A DNA stretch of 64,000 nucleotides from an uncultured Prevotella sp. (GTDB lineage: Bacteria; Bacteroidota; Bacteroidia; Bacteroidales; Bacteroidaceae), in the NCBI RefSeq assembly GCF_946407605.1, contig NZ_CAMJOS010000016.1:20800-84799 (forward strand), written 5' to 3'. The notes below the pieces were generated by a model. That model was not told the DNA's origin. It saw nothing but the letters and a program-made list of their open reading frames with translations, and made no database searches. A program made the position numbers and the translations under genes. This document shows positions 9,950-17,856 of this stretch, piece by piece (position 1 is the first letter of the stretch; each line of letters begins with the position of its first letter).

Positions 9950-10327
9950 TTATTTATACAGGTGGAAGATGCGCTCCATGGGCCGCCATTTCTCATCGCT
10001 GCGGGCCTCGGAGCTGCATCCCTGGAACTTCGACACGAAAGCTTCCCATTCCGCCTGTCGTGGCAGGGTAGCTAGTCGGTTCATAGCCGCTTGCCAGTCA
10101 AGGTCGGCAGGCGCATCGACAATCATCGTCAGGTGATTACCTAGGAGGTAGATCTCCATTTCCAGGATACCTACCTCGCGGATACCGTCACGAATCTCCT
10201 TCCAGTGGTACTCTTCCGAGTGCCACTTTTTGTATTGCGTCAAAAGTTCTGGGTCGTCGCTAATCGCCAGATACTGCACATATCTCTTGATCTTTCCTTC
10301 AGATATGGTTTGAATATATCCCTCCAT
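9950..10327 (-). CDS. L-rhamnose mutarotase-family protein (probable L-fucose mutarotase)
   Basis: RhaM/DUF718-like sequence (KRYVQYLAI...YKKWHSEEYHWKEI). I took the ATG at 10327, because the listed start at 10336 is a TTG. It is the last gene of the fucose operon. Confidence 0.75.
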   Translation of the reverse strand: MEGYIQTISEGKIKRYVQYLAISDDPELLTQYKKWHSEEYHWKEIRDGIREVGILEMEIYLLGNHLTMIVDAPADLDWQAAMNRLATLPRQAEWEAFVSKFQGCSSEARSDEKWRPMERIFHLYK

Positions 10328-10339
10328 AAACGTCAAACC

Positions 10340-11365
10340 TTAATCCTCGAAATTCACAAGAATACGGAATACCTTACCAGGGTTCTCACTCCACCAGCGC
10401 ATGGTGTTGAAAGCCTCTTCGGGCTTGATGACTTTCGTAATCAGCGTATCGATGGGACAGTCGTTGGTCTCAAGATAGTGAATCACGGCACGGAAATCAG
10501 AGGGCAGGGCATTGCGTGAGCCGCGGATATCGAGCTCCTTCTGTACGAAGTATTTCGTCTGCAGCGATACTTCGCTCTTGGCATAGCCAATGCAGGCCAC
10601 ACGACCCGTGAAGGCCACCTCGTTGATGGCCATCTGATAGGTGGGTACGCTGCCCACGGCCTCGATAACCACATCAGGCCCACAGCCGTTGGTCAACTCC
10701 TGCAGACGCTGGTGGGCATCCTCCGTCTTGGTGTTAATGGCATAGGCGGCTCCCATCTTCTTGGCCAGTGCCAGCTTCTCGTCGTCGATGTCGGCAGCGA
10801 TGACGGTGGCACCACGCAGGGCAGAGCGTACGATAGCACCCATGCCCACCATGCCGCAGCCAATCACCATCACCACATCTATGTCTGTCACCTCAGCACG
10901 ACTCACAGCGTGGAAGCCCACACTCATTGGCTCTACCAGTGCGCAGACCTTCGGCGCCAGACTGCCCGCTGGAATCACCTTCTCCCAAGGCAGGGTGATA
11001 TACTCCATCATGGCACCATTGCGCTGAACGCCCAGCGTCTCGTTGTGCTGACAGGCGTTTACGCGACGGTTACGGCACGAAGGACAGTTGCCGCAGTTAG
11101 TGTAGGGGTTGCAGGTCACCACCATACCTTTCTTCAGATTCTCGGGCACGCCTGCACCTACGGCTTCAATTACGGCACCTACCTCATGACCAGGAATCAC
11201 GGGGTTCAGCGCCATCGTGTTTCTTCCCATGAAGGTGTTGATGTCAGAGCCGCAGAAACCAACGTAGCTCAGTTTTAAGAGTACCTCGCCCTGACCAGGG
11301 GTCTGAGGCTTTTCTATATCAATAATGTTCAGTTCTTGTGTGTGTGTAATCTGAATAGCTTTCAT
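10340..11365 (-). CDS. Zinc-dependent medium-chain alcohol/polyol dehydrogenase
   Basis: PGHEVGAVI catalytic-zinc motif, CGNCPSCRNRRVNAC structural-zinc motif, GCGMVG Rossmann motif. The ATG at 11365 (MKAIQI) overlaps the fucP stop as ATGA. Confidence 0.9.
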   Translation of the reverse strand: MKAIQITHTQELNIIDIEKPQTPGQGEVLLKLSYVGFCGSDINTFMGRNTMALNPVIPGHEVGAVIEAVGAGVPENLKKGMVVTCNPYTNCGNCPSCRNRRVNACQHNETLGVQRNGAMMEYITLPWEKVIPAGSLAPKVCALVEPMSVGFHAVSRAEVTDIDVVMVIGCGMVGMGAIVRSALRGATVIAADIDDEKLALAKKMGAAYAINTKTEDAHQRLQELTNGCGPDVVIEAVGSVPTYQMAINEVAFTGRVACIGYAKSEVSLQTKYFVQKELDIRGSRNALPSDFRAVIHYLETNDCPIDTLITKVIKPEEAFNTMRWWSENPGKVFRILVNFED

Positions 11366-12675
11366 TTCTTTATTGATTTTAATTGCATGTATGAACGATA
11401 ACCATAGATGATGATGATGATGAAGCACACCAACGGCAGTATGAACGACATGTTCACTGCTGGCATTCCAAAGATGGTGCCCTGGTCAATCATCAGACCC
11501 TGCAACGGCGGCATGAGTGCTCCACCAACGATGGCCATAACCAGGAAAGCGGCTCCCAGATGGGTGTCTTTCGAGTCAACGTTCTCCAGGGCGATGCCAT
11601 AGATAGAGGGGAACATGATTGACATGAAGAGGCTGATGGCCACAAGACTGTATAATCCCCAAATGCCTTCTATGCAGATGGCACCCATCGTACAGATGGA
11701 TGCTCCCACACCAAAGATGGTGAGCAGGCGTCGAGAGTTGACATAGCGCATGATAAACGTGCCAATGAAACGTCCGCTGAGGTTGAGTGACATCGCCACA
11801 ATATTATATATCTGAGCCGTAGCCTTATTGATGCCCAGATGGTCGGCATACTGTATGATGAAGGTCCATACCATAATCTGTGCAGCTACATAGCAAACCT
11901 GTGCAAAGACACCCTCACGGTAGATAGTGTTATGCCAAAGGTTCGACAGCGTTACCTTAACGGTGTGCGTCTCTCCTGCAGCCTTCTGTTCCTCGCTCTC
12001 GGTCTTAGGCATCTTGGTCAGGGCGATAATCACCAGTACTGCCACCACCACCAATCCTATGGCAACGTAAGGATTGCGGATGACGGCGAGGTCGTGAAGA
12101 CGGATGCCTGCTTTCTCAGCCTCCGACAGCATGGGGAAGATAATCTTTCCTGCTGCGTCGCGCTCGTCAGACAACAGATGAGGCAGTACGATGAATGAAG
12201 CCACAGCCATGCCGCTCAGTGAGCCAACAGGGTTGAAGGCCTGAGCAAGGTTCAGTCGGCGTGTAGAGGTCTCCTTGTTACCCAGCGAGAGAATAAAGGG
12301 GTTGGCCGTCGTCTCAAGAAAAGCGAGACCAAACGTAAGGATATAAAGCGACAGGCAGAAGAACGAGAACTCCTGCCACTCGGCTGCTGGTATAAACAGG
12401 AAGGCGCCAATGGCATAGAGCGCTAATCCCAGGAGGATACCGCTTTTATAGGAATACCTGCGTATGAACAGGGCGGCAGGGATAGCCATTGTGGCATAGC
12501 CGCCATAGAATGCAAACTGAATCAGCGAGGCCTTGGCAGCAGACAGTTCCATGACAGTCTGGAATGCAGCCACCATCGGGTTCGTGATGTCGTTGGCAAA
12601 GCCCCAGAGGGCAAACAACGACGTGATAAGGATAAACGTAAACAAGTATTTCCTTGGAACTAATGGCTTTTTCAT
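11362..12675 (-). CDS. fucP: L-fucose:H+ symporter permease (MFS)
   Basis: 437 aa, 12 TM, FucP-type N-terminus (FILITSLFALWGFANDITNPMV), and fucosidase neighbours. Confidence 0.9.
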   Translation of the reverse strand: MKKPLVPRKYLFTFILITSLFALWGFANDITNPMVAAFQTVMELSAAKASLIQFAFYGGYATMAIPAALFIRRYSYKSGILLGLALYAIGAFLFIPAAEWQEFSFFCLSLYILTFGLAFLETTANPFILSLGNKETSTRRLNLAQAFNPVGSLSGMAVASFIVLPHLLSDERDAAGKIIFPMLSEAEKAGIRLHDLAVIRNPYVAIGLVVVAVLVIIALTKMPKTESEEQKAAGETHTVKVTLSNLWHNTIYREGVFAQVCYVAAQIMVWTFIIQYADHLGINKATAQIYNIVAMSLNLSGRFIGTFIMRYVNSRRLLTIFGVGASICTMGAICIEGIWGLYSLVAISLFMSIMFPSIYGIALENVDSKDTHLGAAFLVMAIVGGALMPPLQGLMIDQGTIFGMPAVNMSFILPLVCFIIIIIYGYRSYMQLKSIKK

Positions 12676-12677
12676 AT

Positions 12678-13562
12678 CTATTCTGACATATTTTTAATGT
12701 AAGGTAATTCAGGAAGGTTCTTGAAACCATAAAAGCGCTGAGCATTCTGACCTAAGAAGGCGCCCTTCTCTGCATCGCTCAGCTCTGAGCTTTTCTCTAC
12801 GAAGTCATAAGACATACGGTAGGTGATGGCGGTGATGGTACGAGGATAGTCCGAACCCCACATCAGTCGCTCCATACCTACCCAGTCGGCAGCCTCAAGG
12901 ATGCGGCGAACGGCAGTGGGGTAGGGATAGAACTCAGGGTTGTAGAGCCAAGTGATGCCACCACTCTCAATCATCACGTTGTCACCCTGACGAGCCAGCA
13001 TCACCTGACTCTTGAACGAGGGCGTGGTAGGCATGCCGAAATGGCCGATGGCCACCTTCAGCTTTGGACACTCCTGTATCACCTCGGCCATTTGGGCTAT
13101 CTGAGCCTCGTCGTCGCCTAAGCACATTGACAGTATCATACCTTTCTCCTCCATGAATTTGAATACTGGCATCAGCGTCTGCAACGGTTCGTGCATGCGG
13201 TGGCCTGGAAAGGCGATGCCCTTCAGTCCTGCCTCATATACGGCTTTTGCCTCGTCGAGGTTCCACGCCATGCCCATACAGAAGAATCGGTCTGGGTATT
13301 GCTGCTGTACCTGGGTGAGGTATTCGTTCTGGTTGCCATCGATGACTTCCTGCACCACAACGGCAGCACCCACCTGGGCATAGTTCATGTTTGAAAGGAA
13401 CACCTCGGCAGAGTTCACGCTGTCAATCATAAACGGTGGCACCATCTGCACTTCCTCATCCATGAAGATGCTGCGTCCGTTCTTGAGCGACAGGATGCGC
13501 TTACCATCGACGGTGGTGTCCTGTTTCAGCCAGAGGTGGCTGTGTGCGTCAATCCTAATCAT
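12678..13562 (-). CDS. Amidohydrolase_2 (cog3618-type) protein, candidate L-fucono-1,5-lactonase
   Basis: The ATG at 13562 gives MIRIDAHSHLW, the metal-binding HxH motif at the N-terminus typical of cog3618 lactonases. The function is inferred from context. Confidence 0.7.
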   Translation of the reverse strand: MIRIDAHSHLWLKQDTTVDGKRILSLKNGRSIFMDEEVQMVPPFMIDSVNSAEVFLSNMNYAQVGAAVVVQEVIDGNQNEYLTQVQQQYPDRFFCMGMAWNLDEAKAVYEAGLKGIAFPGHRMHEPLQTLMPVFKFMEEKGMILSMCLGDDEAQIAQMAEVIQECPKLKVAIGHFGMPTTPSFKSQVMLARQGDNVMIESGGITWLYNPEFYPYPTAVRRILEAADWVGMERLMWGSDYPRTITAITYRMSYDFVEKSSELSDAEKGAFLGQNAQRFYGFKNLPELPYIKNMSE

Positions 13563-13564
13563 CG

Positions 13565-15178
13565 TTATTTGGCTATTCGTAATACGGGAGCAATCTGATT
13601 GCAAGGCTTCGGCAGCTGCACCTCCAATCCCTCTGCGGTCTGGCGTGTCTTAATCTTACCATAACCTAAGAGGTGCACGCTGCTGATGCCCTTCTGAAAA
13701 TCTTTATTGCCTTTGGCCAGCGACTTGATGACGAGTCGTCCGTCCTCAGGCCAGCCCATAGCTGTTACATATAAGTATTTCTTTGTCTGATTGAAACGGA
13801 TGTCGCGATAGTCCATGCCGTTATATTGTCCTTCGTTGAAGCCCTGAGCATTGATCTTGATGTCTTTCTCGGCCACAGGACCCTCGCCAAACTTCACCCA
13901 GGGACGGGTGCCGAAGATGCTCTCGCCATTCTGCGTCATCCAGGCTTCCAACTCGTCGAGGAAGGCAGAGGCTTTCTCATCGTAGGTGCCGTCAGCACGC
14001 AAGGGGATGTTCAGCAGCAGACATCCGTTCTTAGAAACGATGTCCACCAGCTGCTTCACGATATTGGTGGCTGTGCGATAGCCACGCTGGTAGGTGCCAG
14101 TGTTATAGTGCCAGTCGCCAATGCAGTTACATGTCTGCCAAGGCTCCTCCACCATCTGGTTAGGAGCTCCACGCTCCACGTCCCATGTCAGCGCCTTCTT
14201 CTGGTCGTCATTCAGAATCTTGCCAAACACCACGCCACGTGGGTTCTTATTATAAAGATGTGTGGCAATCTTCAGTCCGCAGTCGCTCAAGGGATAGAAC
14301 GGCAACACGGTGACGTCGAAGTAAATCAAATCGGGGTTATAGCGATTGATGGCGTCGATGGTGCGATCAAAGAAGTTGGTGACAAACTCCTGAGACGGCG
14401 GACAGGCGCCGTTGTCCCATCCCCATTGGCTGTGGATGGCACCGTTGTCCCACGAGCCCTTGCTCATGGGGTGGTTCTGCTGATACAGCATCTGTGGGTC
14501 CAGTCCTTCCCACCATTTGCCCTTACCGTCTTCCTTGGTCAGGTTGCCGTCATAGTAGATGCCTGCCTTGTCGCCCTTTAGGTCGTAGCGCTGCGAGGGC
14601 TCGAACCAGGTCCATGCATGATCGGCATGGAACGAGATACCCAGTGGCAGTCCCACCTTCTTTGCGGCCTTGGACCATTCGTCCAGGATATCGCGCTTGG
14701 GGCCAATGTTCTTCGAGTTCCAAGGCTGGTATTTTGAATCCCATAGGTCGTAGTTGTCATGATGGTTGCCCAACACGAAGAAATATTGTGCACCACAACG
14801 CTTGTAGCGTTCAACCAATGCCTCAGGGTCCCACTTCTCAGCCTTGAAAAGTGGCAGGATGTCTTTATAGCCAAACTCCGAGGGGTGGCCGTAGTGCTCA
14901 CGGTGGTAGTTATACTGTCCACCTCCCTCGAGATACAGTCCGCGAGCCATCCAGTCGCCTGAGCCCTCTACACACTGGGCACCCCAGTGGGCCCAGATGC
15001 CGAACTTGGCATCACGAAACCATTCAGGCGTCTCGTGGGTCTCCAGTGACTCCCATGTGGGTTCGTACTGTCCCGTCTGCATCTGCTCGTGAATCTCCTG
15101 AACGGGAATCCTGTATTGCTGTGCTCCTGCCGTCATGACGAAGAGCAGCAGACCTGCCATCATCGATAGTCTCTTCAT
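13565..15178 (-). CDS. Alpha-L-fucosidase, GH29, secreted
   Basis: The ATG at 15178 gives the signal peptide MKRLSMMAGLLLFVMTAGAQQ. GH29-type KFGIWAHWG region and a C-terminal beta-sandwich. Confidence 0.9.
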   Translation of the reverse strand: MKRLSMMAGLLLFVMTAGAQQYRIPVQEIHEQMQTGQYEPTWESLETHETPEWFRDAKFGIWAHWGAQCVEGSGDWMARGLYLEGGGQYNYHREHYGHPSEFGYKDILPLFKAEKWDPEALVERYKRCGAQYFFVLGNHHDNYDLWDSKYQPWNSKNIGPKRDILDEWSKAAKKVGLPLGISFHADHAWTWFEPSQRYDLKGDKAGIYYDGNLTKEDGKGKWWEGLDPQMLYQQNHPMSKGSWDNGAIHSQWGWDNGACPPSQEFVTNFFDRTIDAINRYNPDLIYFDVTVLPFYPLSDCGLKIATHLYNKNPRGVVFGKILNDDQKKALTWDVERGAPNQMVEEPWQTCNCIGDWHYNTGTYQRGYRTATNIVKQLVDIVSKNGCLLLNIPLRADGTYDEKASAFLDELEAWMTQNGESIFGTRPWVKFGEGPVAEKDIKINAQGFNEGQYNGMDYRDIRFNQTKKYLYVTAMGWPEDGRLVIKSLAKGNKDFQKGISSVHLLGYGKIKTRQTAEGLEVQLPKPCNQIAPVLRIAK

Positions 15179-15210
15179 GCGTCCTCTTAACTTCTTTAAC
15201 TTCCAAACTC

Positions 15211-16182
15211 CTACGAATTTGCCCATGTCACACGCTCCTGGTCGCCAATAATCTCCTTCACCTCGCATACCAGGTTCCAGTCGGGCTCTTCGTTGGCCCA
15301 CTCAATGTTACGACGCACATTGGCAGGATTGGCTGAAGAGAACAGGGTTGAAGCAATACGGGGGAAACTTACGGAATACTGCACAGCCAACTTCTCAATG
15401 GGGTAGCCTTTGGCCTTGCAGTGCTCGGCAGCCTTCTGACAGGCAGCCACCAACTCTTTAGGAGCTGGATGCCAGGCTGGTACGCCACGCTCTGACAGCA
15501 AGCCCATGCTCAGCGGTGAGGCGTTGATCACACCCACACCTTTCTGCTCGAAGAAGCCCACATAGTCAGCCAGCGCATCATCGTTCAGGGTGAAATGACA
15601 GAAGTTCAGGATGCTTTCCAGCTTCCACTTCCCGTTTTCCTTCTGCATCTTCTCCTCGAACTTCTCCACCACCCATTTCAGGTTCTGCAACTGCAGGTCG
15701 GTGATGCCCACATGGCTCACCAGTCCCTTGTCCTTCAACTCGAACAGGGCAGGAAGTGTTTCGTCCACCACCTTCTGTAGTCCACCTGGCAGAGCGGCCT
15801 GGAATTCTATATCGTGTACATTAATCAAGTCAATATGGTCGATGCCTAAACGCTCCATGCTCTCATAAACGCTGTCCGTCACCCGCTTGGCTGAGTAGTC
15901 CCAGGTGTTTACGCCGTCCTTACCATAGCGGCCCACCTTCGTACTCAGATAATATTTATCGCGGGGGATATTTCTCAGCGCCTTGCCCAGCACCGTCTCT
16001 GCCTTATAGTGTCCGTAGTAGGGACTCACGTCGATGAAGTTGATGCCTCCCTCGATGGCGGCCTCCACGGCCTCGAAGCTATCCTTTTCGTTCGTCTCAT
16101 GAAACACGCTTCCCAGCGACGATGCACCAAAGCTCAGGTGCGAAATCATCATGCCCGTATGGCCTAATTCTCTGTATTGCAT
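15211..16182 (-). CDS. Aldo/keto reductase, candidate L-fucose (D-threo-aldose) 1-dehydrogenase
   Basis: The ATG at 16182 (MQYRELGHTGMMISHLSFG) gives an AKR-family N-terminus. The substrate is inferred only from the operon context. Confidence 0.75.
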   Translation of the reverse strand: MQYRELGHTGMMISHLSFGASSLGSVFHETNEKDSFEAVEAAIEGGINFIDVSPYYGHYKAETVLGKALRNIPRDKYYLSTKVGRYGKDGVNTWDYSAKRVTDSVYESMERLGIDHIDLINVHDIEFQAALPGGLQKVVDETLPALFELKDKGLVSHVGITDLQLQNLKWVVEKFEEKMQKENGKWKLESILNFCHFTLNDDALADYVGFFEQKGVGVINASPLSMGLLSERGVPAWHPAPKELVAACQKAAEHCKAKGYPIEKLAVQYSVSFPRIASTLFSSANPANVRRNIEWANEEPDWNLVCEVKEIIGDQERVTWANS

Positions 16183-16215
16183 TTCCTTTGTTTTTGTTGT
16201 GTAATATTTCGGGGG

Positions 16216-16223
16216 CAAAGGTA
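16216..16223 (-). promoter_or_regulatory. -7 box TAccTTTG (minus strand) for the fucose operon
   Basis: Consensus match 34 nt upstream of the AKR ATG at 16182. Confidence 0.5.
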
Positions 16224-16330
16224 CAAATAATCTTTTATCTCTCGTGTCACCATATTGACATATAATAGGACTAAATTGACATTCTTGCTAAATCAGCAAA
16301 ATGGTTACTCCCTTCATGTATGGATATAAG

Positions 16331-16369
16331 AAGCGGACGAAAGTGCAATGAAGCAACTTTCGCCCGCTT
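16331..16369 (-). terminator. Hairpin after the xylan operon (minus strand)
   Basis: AAGCGGACGAAAGT / ACTTTCGCCCGCTT pairs 13 of 14 positions, 25 nt beyond the GH43 stop. The U tract is weak. Confidence 0.5.
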
Positions 16370-16393
16370 GGTATTTAGGTTCGTTTGCTAGTC

Positions 16394-17854
16394 TTACCAG
16401 TCCTTACGGAAGTTCCACTTCGAGTTATCGCTGTTGAAGTCGTACTCGGCAAGAGTGGGGGTAGAGTCACCTGCGGAGTAGAGGCAGTACTTCTTGTTCT
16501 TGCCCTCCTGTCCAGGGATGACGTAAGGCATCACACGGAAGGTGCCGTCTGTGAGCTGCTCAATACGCCAGAGCTGCTCGTCGAGGTTGGTAAACTCCTT
16601 GGTGGTGAGCTCCAGGTCGGCCGTAGCGGTTAGAGCGCGGTTGGTACCTTCAATCTTGATGGTGTAGAGCGGTCCGGCGATGGTGCCTTTGTCTGTGGGC
16701 TGCAGCTGCCATTTCTGCCAGGGGCGGAACATATAGTCGCTGCAACGCACGTCGATGTCGCCAGCAGGCCATTTGCTCTGTACCTGCTCCAGCGTCTGCT
16801 CAGCCACGGGCTGGGGAGGAGCGGCGTTAGCCTGCTGTCCACCACCGAAGCCACCAAAGCCACCAGCACGAGCCACATTCATGCGGACGAAGTCGACAGC
16901 CAGCTCCAGAGAGTAGCCGCGGCGCTCGCTCAGGATGCAGTAGGTTCCTGCCTTTAGCTGGTCGCCAGCATAGGGCCAGTCATTCTTCCACAGCAGGGGA
17001 CGGATGGCCAGTGTGGAGCGTCCACCCTGGTCGAAGTCGGCCTCCCAGTGGAACGACATAATCTCAACACCCTCGTCGAGGATGGTACGTCCGAAGTGAC
17101 CTGCGCCAGTCTTGCGGTCGCCAGCAGCGATGACCATGCGGCCACCACCGTGGAACATATCACGACCTACATTGTCGATATACGGGCCTTCAACGCTCTT
17201 AGAGCGGCCCACTACAATATTATAGGTAGAGTTCACACCGTCGCAGCAGGTGCCGTGGGTGCCCAGCAGGTAGTACCAGCCGTTGCGATAGATGAGGTCG
17301 GTGGCCTCACAGTCGATGGCGATATCCTTCTCCTTGTTGCCGCTCACACGGTAGCCAGTGTTTGGATCGATCTCGATGAGGCGGATGGTGCCGAAGTAGG
17401 TACCGTAGCTGACCCACATACGACCTGTGGTGGGGTCGAGCAGTACACCTGGGTCGATGGCATCCTGATCCTCCATACCGTCGCTAGAGCAGACCTCGAC
17501 AGCGGTAGACCACTTGAAGTCAGGACTCTTGGGGTCGAGGGTCTTGTTCCACATGGTGAGGATACGGCCACTGTGACCGCCTCCGAGGCCACCACCAGTG
17601 GCTCCATAGATGCAGAGGTAACGGTCGCCGACCTTAATCATATCGGGGGCAGCACCGCCACCAGGACGCTCGGCGCCGCTGTGCCAGCTCCAGCCGTCTT
17701 CAGAGATGAGGCCGCCGCCACCGGTGCCGAAGGTATAGTACTTGCCATCGCACTCGGCGATGGTCGAGGGGTCGTGGATAAATGGTTGTCCAATTTGGGC
17801 GTTAGCGGCTGTGGCAATGGCCAGTGCCGCAAGTAATGTATGTAGGCGTTGCAT
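16394..17854 (-). CDS. GH43 glycoside hydrolase (arabinanase-like) with C-terminal ricin-type beta-trefoil (CBM13-like)
   Basis: Signal peptide, a GH43 five-bladed-propeller N-terminus (IHDPSTI...), a Gly-rich linker (GGFGGFGGGQQ), and three QxW-type motifs (QKWQL, QLWRI, SKWNF). Confidence 0.8.
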   Translation of the reverse strand: MQRLHTLLAALAIATAANAQIGQPFIHDPSTIAECDGKYYTFGTGGGGLISEDGWSWHSGAERPGGGAAPDMIKVGDRYLCIYGATGGGLGGGHSGRILTMWNKTLDPKSPDFKWSTAVEVCSSDGMEDQDAIDPGVLLDPTTGRMWVSYGTYFGTIRLIEIDPNTGYRVSGNKEKDIAIDCEATDLIYRNGWYYLLGTHGTCCDGVNSTYNIVVGRSKSVEGPYIDNVGRDMFHGGGRMVIAAGDRKTGAGHFGRTILDEGVEIMSFHWEADFDQGGRSTLAIRPLLWKNDWPYAGDQLKAGTYCILSERRGYSLELAVDFVRMNVARAGGFGGFGGGQQANAAPPQPVAEQTLEQVQSKWPAGDIDVRCSDYMFRPWQKWQLQPTDKGTIAGPLYTIKIEGTNRALTATADLELTTKEFTNLDEQLWRIEQLTDGTFRVMPYVIPGQEGKNKKYCLYSAGDSTPTLAEYDFNSDNSKWNFRKDW

Positions 17855-17856
17855 AA

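Noticed and set aside
11366-11428. The N-terminal extension MLHHHHHLWLSFIHAIKINKE of the Zn-ADH ORF. There are similar upstream extensions of the amidohydrolase (to 13604), fucosidase (to 15301), AKR (to 16218), esterase (from 25534) and OMF (from 7684).
   Set aside because: The extensions overlap the preceding gene. The His run, for example, is the antisense of the Ile-rich FucP C-terminus. They destroy signal peptides or conserved N-termini, and an internal ATG gives tight operon spacing.
16800-16870. The Gly-rich tract (GGFGGFGGGQQANAAPPQP) in the GH43 protein as a possible frameshift or gene-fusion artefact.
   Set aside because: The reading frame is continuous, with recognisable domains on both sides (the GH43 propeller and the QxW trefoil). 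It is consistent with an ordinary interdomain linker.
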